Origin: Chrysomallon squamiferum
Taxonomy: Eukaryota; Animalia; Mollusca
NCBI GenBank assembly: GCA_012295275.1
Contig: CM022670.1
Coordinates: 21,762,001 to 21,826,000 of the forward strand
DNA length: 64,000 nt
Reading direction: 5' to 3'
The translations under genes were made by a program, and so were the position numbers. Below are positions 41,952-57,876 of this stretch, piece by piece. Under the pieces are notes generated by a model. It did not search any database and was not told the origin of the DNA. It was given only the letters and a program-made list of their open reading frames with translations. The stretch's first letter is position 1, and the number at the start of each line of letters is the position of its first letter.

Positions 41952-42151
41952 NNNNNNNNNNNNNNNNNNNNNNNNNNNNNNNNNNNNNNNNNNNNNNNNN
42001 NNNNNNNNNNNNNNNNNNNNNNNNNNNNNNNNNNNNNNNNNNNNNNNNNNNNNNNNNNNNNNNNNNNNNNNNNNNNNNNNNNNNNNNNNNNNNNNNNNNN
42101 NNNNNNNNNNNNNNNNNNNNNNNNNNNNNNNNNNNNNNNNNNNNNNNNNNN
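41952..42151. other. Assembly gap (200 N)
   Basis: Run of exactly 200 N, typical of a scaffolding join of unknown true size. Confidence 0.99.
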
Positions 42152-42404
42152 AACTTTTTAGTTTAAAGAAATGAATGATATAAATAAGTAAAATATGTAT
42201 AACATGTAACAGATGTCATAGGTATAAAGACACATACAAACTCAGATAAATCTACCATTCTTAATAGAAATGATTAAGTTTCACTAAATTCGAGTTTTTA
42301 ACTAAATCATTATTCAAATTAATAATAATTATTATAAAATTAAATTATTTATTATAATAGTATAGAATATTTTCTGTAGATAACAAAAATATCTGAAGAG
42401 TATT

Positions 42405-43377
42405 TTAAATCTTCCATATGTTCATTTTGTCGTTTGGACATCTTTGATCAACAGCTACAGCTTGCAAAGGAATATAATCATTTGCCTTTTGTTGGTTATC
42501 GTCAGATGAGAGAATCATAATTGATCTTTCTGTAGTTGTCTTCGCTGACAGTAAAATACATTATCTCTTTATAAAATACTGTTAAATGTTTAATGATTTA
42601 CAATCTATACAAAGATAAATATATTAAAGCTAAAACTACATAACATAAAAGACATTGATACTTGACATATAGACATATCTCAATTTAAAATCAGCCATAC
42701 AATTAATGCATAGATATTTTAGTGATTATATATGTATATGTGATTATCACCTTTGTAACATAATACATAAAATATACTTGCATGCACAAAGCATACAATC
42801 TCACATACAAATGTAATCAAATATATATAAAGATACAATATACACACACACACATACGTCTGTATAAATGCATGCACACATACAGACATTATATACTGAT
42901 ACATACATATATAAATACATTTATCCATACATACATACATACATGTATACGCACACACACAAACATATATATATATATATATAAACATACAACTAGCCGT
43001 TCACCAGCTGTCCGTACATACATACATACACATTCATACTTAATACATCTGTAACTGCACACACACTCACACACACACACACACACATCTACATGTACTC
43101 ATATGCGTTCATGAAAACCTATAAACATGCGCGCACACATTCACATGCACCACACACCCAAAAAACACATACAAAGAAACAAACATATTTGATTTGATAA
43201 TTAAAATGTTAATCAGAGTCTAATCCAAACTTTCCACAACTACATTCTGAAAATAGTGAAATGTATTAAAGTCTTCTGTTTCACATCCGTAGAGAACATT
43301 CTAATTTTTATACTGATAGCAATCTTATTTGTATAGTCCAAACAAACATGAAAGCAAAACATTCTACATATTATTAC

Positions 43378-43440
<63 letters not shown>

Positions 43441-46154
43441 CATCATCATCGTCATCATCATCATCACCATCACCATTATTTTATTATTGTCATCATCATC
43501 ATTAAAATTCACATGACGTATTCCAAATTAATTTTGCATTCAGTATACCTTCTTTTTCTTTATTTTTAACTTTTTCAGTTTATTTTGTTTTTATTTTTAA
43601 ACTTTAAAAGATGTAGACGCATATTAGTCCGTGGAATCCTACGAACGATCTTAACAGCAGTTATTGAGTATTAACGCTATTAATAAAATAATTAAAACTG
43701 AAAAGAATAAATATTAAATAATTAATGAAAAATACATATATGATGCTAAATGTTTTGACCTAATGTGTGTTGAAATCAAAAGTAATTTTATGTTACAGAA
43801 TGTTTATTATTTCAAAGCATAATTAATTTACTAATACAATAATTACTTCAGTGTTTGAAAAGTCTACAGTTAATGTGCAGTATTTCTAAAAAAATAAAAA
43901 AGGCTGCTCATTTACCTTGAGTACAGTCTGTTCCAGTCCATCCTGCAGTGTCAAACGTTCCTGTCTGTCCGTCACAAGAGGAGCTGGTGTTAACACAGTG
44001 ACGTTTTTCACACAATTTACCACAGTTAGAACCATAACTGACTTTCAGTTCACACGCTAATATAATATAATATAATGTAATATAATAAAACGTAAAGTAA
44101 AATAACACCGTAATGTAATATACATAACATAAATAAACAGTACAACAAAATTTAAAATAACGTAACATAATTATATTATAAAATGTTTAACTCTTCCTTT
44201 TCTTCTTTTCGTTTTTTTCTTTGTTTTTTTTTTCGCTTTTTTTGAAAATTATTATCATCTTTTTAATAGTTAAAATCAGTAAAAATAGAAAGAGCACTGA
44301 CGTAACGTGCCGCACGAAAGGCAATTAATTCATAACATCTTGTCAGAATAATCCTTATATTACCTAATGTTCTAATACAATACAATACAATACAAAATAA
44401 TATAATATAATAAAGGAATAAGGAACCAACCAATCAATCAAATAAACAAACAAGAACTAAATATAGAAATAAGGAAAAAACAAACAAAGCAGTGAATAAA
44501 CAAATAAATAAATTGTAAACATCAAATCTCAAACAGTAATAAAGCATATCTCTTGGGTACGAAAGAGAAAATTAAACCAATTTTGTTACAACCAGTTGCA
44601 AAATATTTGTTAATCTCATGAATAAAGTACGACATTCCTAGATCCACTTCCCACCAACAATAAACTTGTCAGTCTTATTTTGTTTGGTGACGTCATGAAC
44701 TATAGTTGATGATTTGATAAGAACCCCGGCAATATGACTCTTTTCCATCTACGTTCACTGATCAAAAAATAAATTTAAAAAACAATATTTGTAATATAAG
44801 TGTATACCAAACTAGAAACAATCCAAAAAATGTATGTATGTATGTATATATATATATAGATAATCAGATATTCATCACACACACTCGCATAGACACACAC
44901 GCACACAAACAAACACACACACAGATACTTACACTCACGTACACAAACAAACCAAAGTGTACCTAACTCTGATAAAACTACAAAAAAGTCTCTCATTTGC
45001 ATTTTCAAAAAATCGCCAAAAAGAAATAATAATAATAATATTAATAATAAATAAATAAGTAAATAAGAATGAAGACAGGAATATCTACCAAAAAACAAAC
45101 AAAAAAAAACAAAAAAATGACAACATATTTAATTAAGTATACCAGTATACATAGTCAAAAACATATTTATATTTATTTATACACATACACATACATAGAT
45201 GGATATTTAGGAAAAATGCACACATGCATAGAATCTTGAATATATACACAGAACTATGAATGTATTTATACATATACACAAATCAATACATACATACATG
45301 CATAAACGTCCATAGACACATTCGTACAAATACATACATGCATACATAATATATATATATATAGACACACACACATAATACATTCATGCATACATAATAT
45401 ATTCATGCATAAAAAATATATTCACGTATACATATATGTACAGTATATTTGTATAACCTCCCTAAAGTCACACCTGCCAATAGTCATTCAGTTTAAAACG
45501 AAAAAGTTCAAAGTTGGATGCATTCACTCTCACTGCCTTATTGTACACAGTAATAATGGTAGGCTCCGAGAAGTAAATGTTTCCAAGTCGATATAGAAAG
45601 TTTTAAGCGTTTGATATGTGTCTGTGATCAGCTACGACAACAATTAAAATTTATATATTTTTTTGTCTTGTGTACGTATTTAGTTTTAGTCATTAACTAC
45701 TAAACTTCTTTAACAAGGAACTTGTGAAGTGATAACAAACGTAAACAATATGAAAACGTAAATGTTAGTAACTTACTAAATAGTCCATAAAACTGCACTG
45801 CTCTGTGTTAGTCAAGTTAAACATTGGTATGTTTAGCCCAGTGTTTCATCTGACTGCCGCTCTCACTGTGTGACTCACTGCTGGGTGTCTAACTATCGGC
45901 ACGTGTGACTAATGGGCACGAACCATTTGTAGCATTACTTACAAAATGAGCAGAAACCAGAACTTGATGTTCACTGTAGGATTTCTTTCACTCTGAATAT
46001 AATTATTTAGCGAGTAGAATATAATTCCAAAATAACTGTTTTGGCTACAGCAGTAGTTGTAGTAATAGTAGTAGTATTAGTACAGAAGTGCACAAATTGT
46101 ATTTCTACCTGACCAATTAATTGTTCAAGTAATCTGTGCGCCTCTGTAATACCA

Positions 46155-46186
<32 letters not shown>

Positions 46187-46590
46187 TGTTTGAATAATTG
46201 CAAAATAAACAAAGAGATAAACAAATTATAAATAAATAAAACTTACGTCGGTATGTATTTATGTATACAATTTTTGAAATAGCATTTTATGACATTATTG
46301 TTCTTTAAATGTAACACATTGAAAATATGATAGTGCAAATCGTGCGTGTGTCTGTGTGTATGCCTATGTATGTCTATACTTGTACTTATGTGCTGTGTTT
46401 ATGTATGTATGTATATATAAGTATGTATATAAATAATGTAAGTCTTTTGTCTATATGTATATTTGTCTGTGTGTTTGTAATCTTGTGTTAGCACGCGGCG
46501 CATTTCGGCTTAAAGGAAGCTTAATCTCTCACTTACCTAATTCAGTATATGTGTGAACAGAAAACACAGCAAAATAACACAAAAGGAGAA
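42405..46590 (-). pseudogene. Gene D1: decayed F-type lectin-EGF paralog with a diverged tyrosine-motif terminal exon
   Basis: Exon-1-like end ..VHTYTEL|GTAAG at 46537. Frameshifted lectin exon 44590-44757 (WWEVDLGMSYFIHE). EGF exon 43916-44056 has a 12-nt deletion and lost Cys. Terminal exon 42405-42544 (DNQQKANDYIPLQAVAVDQRCPNDKMN) is homologous to the gene C tail. Confidence 0.75.
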
Positions 46591-47413
46591 AAAAAAAAAA
46601 ATAATAATAATAATGGTTACAGTTTAAATTTGATCAATTTGACAAATTTGATCATGAATAGAAAATCTGGTTGAAACCAGTCCGTCATTGTGAACAAGAG
46701 AGTAGGTGATTTTACAAAGCGAATAGATTACTATTAACGTATGTGGCTCGCTTTTACTTTTAATGGCTCGACAACGTATCCCTGTGTAAAAAAATGTAAT
46801 ATGTATTTCTCAGAAGCTTAAATGTCAGGCATGACTTGCTCAAGGCAGGACAAATATTTTGGCAAATGCACAATAAGACCTATTCAGAGACTCAAGGTTT
46901 TTTTTTTTTCTCACGTAAAATGAAGTTTATGATATGTTCGTTGTTCACCTTTATTTCTACGTATTAATGTATACAAAGGTTAACATGACCTGTTTATGTC
47001 ATTTTATTTTAATTCTCATACACAGAAGAAACACAAAATATGAAAGTAAGGAATATTCACGTTAAATCAGTTTTGTTGTTTTGTACGTTTATATTATCCT
47101 ATATTTTTATTTATTTATATTTGTATTTATCTGTTTATTTATTTTATTTTATTTATTTTTGTTTTTCCACAGTAAATGTCACAGTTGTGTGTCTGTTAAT
47201 ATTTAAAAATTAATAACAATAACAATGCAAACATCTTATTTATGTCAACATCTTTGTAGTTCTGTATCAAAATCCATCTTAATGTCACACGACGACTCTG
47301 GCTAGTGAAAACAGTGACGGACAGGATCAACTCCTATCTCAGGCTGCCGGCTTCACGACAAAAATGTAAATAAATAAATATATCTCTGTATCAATCAGTA
47401 TACGATCCTCTCA
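43237..47413. repeat. Segmental direct duplication, copy 1 (copy 2 at 58608-63035)
   Basis: Colinear similarity from CAACTACATTCTGAAAATAGTG (43237/58608) to TACGATCCTCTCA (about 47413/63035). Confidence 0.92.
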
Positions 47414-48783
47414 CTCATGAATATTCAGTAACCACCACAGAGACGCCAACACTAATGACGTTAAAAGCAGAATGACTGACACTAATGTCAACGCTGTATT
47501 TCAGATATAAAAGCCAATACACAGATTTTTCTTTTATGTTTCATTGTCCCGAAAAACACTGCTAATAATAGGGATGGAGCGGATAATAGTGTAACATCTA
47601 TAAACATGTAATAATAATATTATTAAATTAGAATAGAAAGAGAAAAAAAGAGCATACTAAATACAACTGTGTTCATGTAAATATACAAATACATGACACA
47701 ACAACAAACTCTCATAAATAATGAGAGTTGTGTTGAGCAAAGTTAACAACAGTGGTACCTGTCTTGTGTGGTCGAGAATCACAGCTGTCCATTCATCAGA
47801 GGTAGAATAATAATAGACAATTTACTTTTTATCATATTCAGAAGAAAAATCAATCATGGCAGGGCATATCGAGTTCATTGATGGATGTGAATAAAACATA
47901 TTTTCCACGTCATAAAAATTCATAATAAGCAGAAGATATATTTATACTTCACAAAATACTGTGTTTGAAATCCAAACAGGGTCCCGATTTGTGCAAACCG
48001 CACCATCTTTTCAAGTCAAAAGTGCGCTAAGACGCGGTGTCTACAAAACATAAATATGGATGGAATATGAACTAAATGGGTTGCATTTTAGCGGTTTGGC
48101 GGGCAACCCTTTGGCGATTACAGTTTACAGGAAAAGGGCGATACCGTCTTTAAAAATATCACTGAAATGTTTTTTAAATAATAATACTACTACTAATAAT
48201 AATTACAATAATAATAATAATAATGTGATGATGATGTTAGTGGTAATAGTTAAACTAATAATAATGATTTATTAATATGATGCTGAGCAGAAGAAGAACT
48301 AGACTGGTTCGCTAAGAAACTTGTTAAAATAGATATCTTTTTTGAGAAAAAAAAAAAAATAAATATAAAGAAGAAATAAAAAAATATATATATATATATT
48401 TTAAAGATTAATTATATGGGTGTTGTACATTAATAGCCTGTATGGCAAGTTGCTATGTTTAACATGTTTTACCTATTATTAGATATAGATAACTGCAGTT
48501 CCGGAACTCTCCCGCATTATGTCAGTGACAGCATTGCAGTGATATATTACGTTTATGAATACACATTCATATATCTATGTATGTATTTATGCATTTGTCC
48601 TTTTTGTCTCGATATCTGTGTGGTTGTGTAGTTACATGTGTGCGTATATGTATAGCTATATGTTTGTGTTCGTTATATACCAAAGTTCAAAACTATACAC
48701 ATAAACTTTCAAAGCAAAAAAAAAAAAAAAAAACAATAACTGTCAAAAATCATCTTTCTAATAGAAAATGTTATATATATATA

Positions 48784-49506
48784 CAGTATACCCTCACCTG
48801 TTCGCGGTTCCCCATTCGCGGCCCCACATATTCGCGGGTTAGGCTCTTAACCCTATCGCATCGTATGCTGGTATACCAGGCGAGCGTCATAACGTCATAA
48901 AAACAAATGCTCGGTAAACCGCACAAACAATATCAAGTTTTTTCAATTATTATTGCAATACAGTACGTATTTTTTTATAAATGCATACACTGTATGTATA
49001 GTGCATATTTTTTGTGACCGTGTATTAATAATGTTTTTAATTGCATATTATTACTGAATTGTATTATTATTACCTGAACTGTGCGTACTGTATTCATCTG
49101 TCTGTTTGCCTTTAAATTTGTTCCACTTTCTGTCAATTCTAATACACATGTTGTACGCATAGAAAATGACTTTACGGTACAGTAATACTGTATGGGTAAC
49201 TATGCTATGCGGTGTTACTGTCCTCCTGTACTTACGTTTCTTTCTGATTAAAATATTGTTTCAGCACAAAATTAAAATGTGTTTACATTATCATTACTAC
49301 ATTAGTGAAATACATAACTGCATGCAATATTACTACATTATTACTGTATTAATGAGTAAGAGTGTCTTTAGAAAGTGTTTGGGAAGCATTTAGTACCGTA
49401 TATAATCTCATAATAGACGTTTTAAAACTGCATCCAATATTCGCGGTTTTTCGCTATTCGCGGGGGGGTTAAGAACGTAACCCCCGCGAATAGCGAGGGA
49501 ATACTG
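48784..49506. mobile_element. Non-autonomous Tc1/mariner-pogo (Tigger-like) MITE, 723 bp
   Basis: Imperfect TIRs CAGTATACCCTCACCTGTTCGCGG and CCGCGAATAGCGAGGGAATACTG, TA on both flanks, internal ATTCGCGG subterminal repeats. Confidence 0.85.
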
Positions 49507-49844
49507 TATATATTTCAATTTACCAAATTCAGTGACTGATACGAACGCACACACATACAGACAGATGAACGTAATTACACACAAACATATATTCAAACAC
49601 AGCAACGACAGCAACAACAACGACTCTCCAAGGAACAGATTAAAATTGTATTTAAAAATTAATCTTTAATGTGACAAACTCAGTTTCTCTAAGTTCAGTT
49701 GCAAAAGTTAACAGTTATTGTAATACTATATTTCACTGAGTTGAATGAGTTCTGAGCGAATTCAGGAAACAGGCTCAAATACAAACTTGAGTGACGTAGA
49801 TCACTGTGTATGATACAATGACGTTTATATATATATACATATAT

Positions 49845-49920
<76 letters not shown>

Positions 49921-50169
49921 GGATAGATCAGTATATAGAGAGACATAAAGATTGTTTGAGTAGACAGTTGTTTATTTTTCATTGCAGAGCATTACATTTT
50001 GTCACCTAATGGGTGTTTATTTTATATTTGGTCTAATTCACGAATAAAAAAATAAAAAAACACACACACACTTTTTCATATAGTATAAAATATTACACAA
50101 GTCTGATGTAAGGGTATTTTAAAACAGCTATGGCTATGTATCTCTTTAAAAAATAAAAATAACGGACAA

Positions 50170-51450
<1,281 letters not shown>

Positions 51451-51714
51451 TTATTTGTTTGTTTGTTTCTTTGTATGTTGTTTGTTTATTCCTTTGTTTG
51501 TTTGTGTATTTATTTAATAACGTTAAAATATAGCAAATTTAAAAAATAGCAAATGTTCATTAAAACTTGTTTTCAAATTTCTATCTTCTTACTGGTATTT
51601 TTTTTAATTAAATATTCATAATATCATTAAACAGTACCAGTGATATATACATATTATTTACGTACATACGTATAAGCGTACAGAAATACATAGAAACATA
51701 CACATCCACGATTC

Positions 51715-52094
51715 TGTGACAACCACACACAGAAACATACATACACACATGTATGTGTGTGTTTGTGTCGTGTATGTATATATATATATATATATAAATA
51801 TATATACTGTGATTCTTGTGTCAGAAGTTATTAGAAGAATGCGTTTATAATCTTATTAAGTATATAAACACATTCAAACAAAAAGTAAAGCAAACATTTT
51901 ATTTGAATAAAACCAGTAGAAGCTATTACGTGTAGCTGTCAAGATCATATTTACACAGAGTTAGTCTGAACGAATTAAAACAAGTGATATAAAATAAGTG
52001 CGAGTAACAAAGTAATATATGTACAAAAGAGTGACAACCACACAGAGAAACATACATACACCCATGTGTGTGTTTGTGTCGTGTACGTGTCTGT

Positions 52095-52172
<78 letters not shown>

Positions 52173-52390
52173 TGTGACTCTGGTGACACAAGTTATTAGA
52201 AGGATGCGTTTATAATCGTATTAAGTATAGAAACACATTCAAACAAAAAGTAAAACAAGCATTTTATTTGAATAAAACTAGTAGAAGTCTGTTACATGAA
52301 TCTGTAAAGATCATATTTACACAGAGTGGAACCTCTTAGTCTGAAAGAATTAAAACAAGTGATATAAAATAAGTGCGAGTAACAAAGTAG
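51715..52390. repeat. About 330-bp tandem duplication in the gene C 3' region
   Basis: The block GTGACAACCACAC..GTGTTTGTGTCGTGT..(TA)n..AAACACATTCAAACAAAAAG..AAGTGCGAGTAACAAAG occurs twice here but once in the gene E flank. Confidence 0.8.
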
Positions 52391-52620
52391 GAGAGGCAAA
52401 TGTTTTATCTAAAAAGACCGCGATAGATATCACACACAAAAAATACATCTTTCTTTATTAATCTAATTACTGAACTTCACAATATTTCTGTTTTCATCTA
52501 ACTCGTTTTAGATAAAAAGAAAGTATTATAACGAAGGAATTTGTTATCATGGTATAGATTATTCTTTGTAGAGAACATATCCGAAAAATACTTTAAATGA
52601 TGACTGTTACTTTCTTTTAA

Positions 52621-54031
52621 TTATGTCATATTTATTTTGTCGTATGGAGATCCTTGGTCAACACTTTCAACTTGCAAAGCATCGTAATCATTAGTGTATT
52701 GTTGGTTATCTTGTGTGCCGTGTTGGCTGTGTCCTGTAGATCTTCTGTTACGTTCGATGGGTCCTTGAGGTGAGGAAGAGGCAGAACCATTTTCATCATC
52801 TACAACAGCTTCGTACACAGGATAAGTCATGGTAGTTGCTGTTGTTTGGTTTTCTCTATTTTTCTCAAAGGTTACAGACGGCTCCGTCGGTTTGGATCTT
52901 CTCCGATAAACCCTGAAATTGATATTTCTCTTTTGATAGAAATATCTGTTGTGATTTATATTAAAATTAATTAATAACAGGTACTACACCAAGTATGATC
53001 GATTACTTATTATTGAGAAATAAATATTCTAGAGTAAATTTGTTGAATCAACGATATATTGTTAAAGCATATCTTCCTGATGAAAATATAAACACAATTA
53101 TACTTAAAACCAAAAAAATCTAAATCTCATTTTCATAGTAATTAATGCTCACCTAAATCAAAATGTTTAATATTATCAAAAACAAGAGAAAATGCAAAAG
53201 ATATTTACTTACATAATAACAAGAATTAGGGCAGCTGCACTGAAAATCAAGGCTAAAGCTGTGATAGATGACAGAATAATGACACTAGTCTCTGTGGATT
53301 TTCTGATCTGGAACTGAAGATAAATTATCTTTATGTACAGACAAATGATTGTTTTATGACAAATTAGTTAACATACATCAAAACAAATATAGATTAATTT
53401 TCTACCTGTGCAATCCTGTCTTGTCCATCCATATTCACATCCATTTTGACATTTTCCACTGATGTCATTACACTCTGAAAGTCCACTGCAGTGTCTTTCT
53501 GTACATGATCTTGAACATGTTGGACCATACCATCCTTCTTCGCAAGCTAAAATCAAAAATGGATGTCCAAGTATAAAGAAAAAGTATATACTATATTATT
53601 TTGTTCATGACTGAAAACAGTTCGAAATTCTCCAAATAGTAAAATGAAAATTTAAGTGTCCGATGCAAAAACACGTTGTGGTCTCCAGTCTAAAACAAAC
53701 TGCAGACAATTTTAAATTGTGATTAATAAAAATAAAAATAAAAATAAAATACTCACGTTGCTTACAGAGGTGACCTTGGTATCCATCTTTACAACCTCCT
53801 GTACAATTTCCAGAAATAAAATCACACGTTTCTGTTTTACACTGACCACACGTAATTTCACAGTCCAGTCCGTATTTTCCAGATCTGCATTCTGAAAACA
53901 TTAAACAATGATTAGGATTTGTTATTAGGTGGAAATACACAAGCTTTTGATTCTTGAATGGTAGATTTATACCTGTTTAGATTTTTTGGATGTTGTATTT
54001 TCTTATACGTATTTTTAGTTCTTCATTTTTC

Positions 54032-54105
<74 letters not shown>

Positions 54106-57061
54106 TATTATTATAGTCCTATAACAATATATCCATTTATTTTTACTGAATTTATTTTTACTGAATTAAGGATATGTAAAATAAAGAGTACGACTGACCT
54201 TGCTTGCACAATATTCCCTCGTAACCTTCATTACAACCTCCAATACAATTTCCAGAGAATCTGTCACATCGTTTGCTTCTACAGTTCCCACATCTAGATT
54301 TACAGTTTTTACCAAATGTTCCTGGACTGCATTCTGCAGTTATTGAAATAAAAACAAAATCAATAAAATAAAGAACAGGTGGTTCCTTCGGTTTCGTCGT
54401 TGTTCTTTTGCTCCTGAAATTATTTATTTATTTAAATCAACAAGATATAATTCATTGTCTTTTAACTCAGTTTTGGTTTTCCTTTCCTAACAGATATTAT
54501 AAAATGTTTGGTCGATATATTACGTTTCTTGAGACAGAGATTTTTAATAGTTACAGTTCAATTTTAATATAAAGAATAATTATGTTTCAGGCCTGCTTCT
54601 CAGAGAGAGAGCCTGCTACAAAGTATCGTTCGAGTCGATAATGATAAATTGTTAATATATTTTTCCAGAACAAATTTTCATAACGTTTATACACTTTTGA
54701 TTTGTAAGAATTTAGACTATTATTACATAATTAAAATATTTTATCTCTTCAAACTTTCCACACTGTTTTTAAAGACTGTATTGATAACTCTGTTTCTATG
54801 TATTTCAAAATAAACACTGATCCTGTACCTTCTTTACAGTCTGTTCCATTCCATCCTGCCGTACATCCTGCAGTGTCACACTTTCCTGTCTTTACATCAC
54901 AGGATGAATGTGTGTTAACACAGTGACGATTTTCACAGAACTTGTCACAGTTAAAACCGTACTTGACGTTCACTTCACACGCTAGTACAATGTAAGGTAA
55001 TGTAATGCAATGTAAATACCTCCTCAGACATATAATATTCGTATATTTTTAGTACTCTGTTTTCAATGTAACATTCAGTACATTATGATATTTACAACAA
55101 TATTTTAAAACACTGTGAAGCAACAACTATTAATTATTACTGTTGTTGTTCTTATTATTAATTATTATTCTTCATCATAATCATCAATATTAATAAATCA
55201 CCTGGTTACTTACAGTGTTTTTATTCCGATGAAAACGAATTTTAAAATAATTATAGTTTAAAGAAATTGCTTACATTAACTCACCATATACTTCAACTTC
55301 CAGAAAATCTAAAACTGTACCAGCGCCATTACCATTTTTTATTCCTTGGTAGACAGTCACATATCTGGCATCAACATCACACATGAAACTCACGACATCA
55401 GGAATATCAGATCCATCTTCTCTACCAGTAACATTACCACACAGATGTCCTGTGTTAGATGAATTCACTGCTGTGTTTGTGTAGATTTGTACTCCTCGTC
55501 TTCGTGTTCTGCCTTTAATACATAAAATTAGTATATGAAATATAGAGTTTTATGTATCCTAGTATATCAAGTAAATCATATGAACTAAATCTGCAATGTT
55601 CTAAAAAATAAATAAATAAATCAATACACTTTTTATATCGCGTTTTAATGGCCAGCATCAGGTAGTGCTGAAATCTAATTTAAGGATCTAAGGAATCTCT
55701 TTGAAAAAACAACAACAACAAAAGAAGACAAATTAAAAATCGAAATCATCTTCTATCTACAGTCCTGTTTAAATACAGTGTCCATTCTCTCTTGAAAATG
55801 TTACATTTACTGTCTTTGAATTTATATAATAACTGGAATCAATCAAGTCCTTCTAAATAATACATATACTACACGACACATGATGTAAATATAAAATGTA
55901 CATCAGCATACTCTATAGTGTGATCTTCCTTCAACTTACTGTAATAATACTATGAATATATGTGTGTATGTATGTATGCAATTATCCCTGAATATATATA
56001 CATGTATGTATTTATGTATTTATGTATGTATGTATGTATGTGAAATACATACCAAGAACAAACCAAGAAAAACTACAATACCAAACATCCACAATAAAAA
56101 AACAACAACAACAACAACAACAAAAACAAGAAGAAGAAGAAGAAAAGAACAACAAAAAAGAAGAAAAAGAAGTATATCATAAAAATATTAAATATGTAAG
56201 AAAAATGCACATCATCAAAATATGTTTACTTACTTGGAGTTTTAAAATATATTTTCACTTCATGGACAAAGTACAGTTTTCGTAGATCCACTTCCCACCA
56301 CGTGTAAGGCTGTCCTAGTCCTGTGTGCATAAAGTTATTCCCCTTTAGTTTTGTTACTCCATCAACAGCTGTAGATGCTTGGTAACTGTCATAGTAAGAA
56401 CTCTGGTAGGCTGGCTTTCCCTTAGCTACATTTACTGATCAAAATGGAATTAACAAATATTTAATTAAAAAATATGAATATCAATATCGTACACATATAC
56501 ACAACGACATATGAAGAAACAGGTTCCGGACCAATTATCCGGCGTCCTGAAATCCAGAAAGACCATAAAACCGGAAATGTTTTTACAGACGCTATTTTCA
56601 TAGTTCGCGAACGCAGGTGTTGTCCTCACCAGACCGAAACTACTCTTTCAAGCCGCGTGGCGTTCTTTCACTCGCCGCATGGTTTACGCGTAGAGCCGGC
56701 ATAGTTGCGTATCGTCAATTTTCTTTATATTTTTAATTTTAAAATGTTTGTGGCTAATTATTTACGTATTTAGATGCCTTGATACCAGAAAACGTCAGGC
56801 CCCAAGGAGTCTGGATAATTGGTCCGATATCTGTACATACATATGAAAAAACATGCATCATACGAATGCAGTGCCCGAAAATATTACTAAAACAAATTCG
56901 ATCCTTTCATTATTTCTAATCAAAGATTAGGACATTTGAATAACTGCAACCTCTGTGGGCACTTCACTTCTATCTATCTATTTATACACATATAGCTATA
57001 CATATAGATATAGATATATAGATATATACACACACAAACACAAACACACATAAACAAACAA

Positions 57062-57120
<59 letters not shown>

Positions 57121-57539
57121 CATATACAGATGCATAACACATTCATAAACCAATACAAGCATAGGCAAACACATGTACAGAGAAATATGTAAACATATGT
57201 GTATATTAATTATACATATAAGTGCATAAGGACGAGGGTACGTACATATATACATACATACATATTTACATACATAGAGAATATATAAATAAAATATATA
57301 TATATATATATATTTACAAACATTATATAATTACATATGTACATAGCTTAGTATTTAGTTATAGATTAATTATAAGCGTATACGGACGAACTAACACCCA
57401 CATATATACATAAATATATACATACATATATGCATGTGTTTACATTTTTAAACGACTTACCAAACTGAGCTGAAATGTGAACTTGAAACATGAAAATAAA
57501 CCAGAGAAAAACAAAAAACTCCAAGTAAACTGCAGCCAT
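52621..57539 (-). CDS. Gene C: F-type lectin + 4 EGF + TM receptor with short ITAM-like tail (about 480 aa; TM exon has a 1-nt frameshift unless rescued)
   Basis: Exons 57539-57461, 56434-56234, 55512-55285, 54981-54829, 54333-54199, 53891-53757, 53546-53406, TM exon 53313 (or cryptic 53291)-53213, and 52912-52621. TM VIILSSITALALIFSAAALILVIMVY followed by RRR; tail ..VYEAV..YTNDYDALQVESVDQGSPYDKINMT*. Confidence 0.78.
56520..56833. mobile_element. MITE (Tc1/mariner-type termini), 314 bp, in gene C intron 1
   Basis: TIRs CAGGTTCCGGACCAATTATCCGG and CTGGATAATTGGTCCGATATCTG. TA on the right, AA on the left. Absent from gene A intron 1. Confidence 0.8.
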
Positions 57540-57815
57540 GTTGTGTTAAACTAGACAAGGTGATCCAGGAAGATCTGGGTCGTGTTCAAAGCGCACACGT
57601 TTACTCAACATTTAGTTTAACATTATGTCTACTGTTCCTTCTTACCGCATGACGCAAACTGAATAGAAGTTATGATTGACTAGATGAGATTACAGATATA
57701 ACAACTGTCAGGCTTCATTCACTCCGTGTACATTAGTCTATAAAAATCTCTTTTTGTTGTTTATCTGTTGCATTGTGTATTAAGGTATGTGTGTTCGTGA
57801 GTGTATGTGTATGTA

Positions 57816-57876
<61 letters not shown>

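Noticed and set aside
47920-48115. Possible hAT terminus (GGCGGGCAACCCT)
   Set aside because: No partner TIR or 8-bp TSD found.
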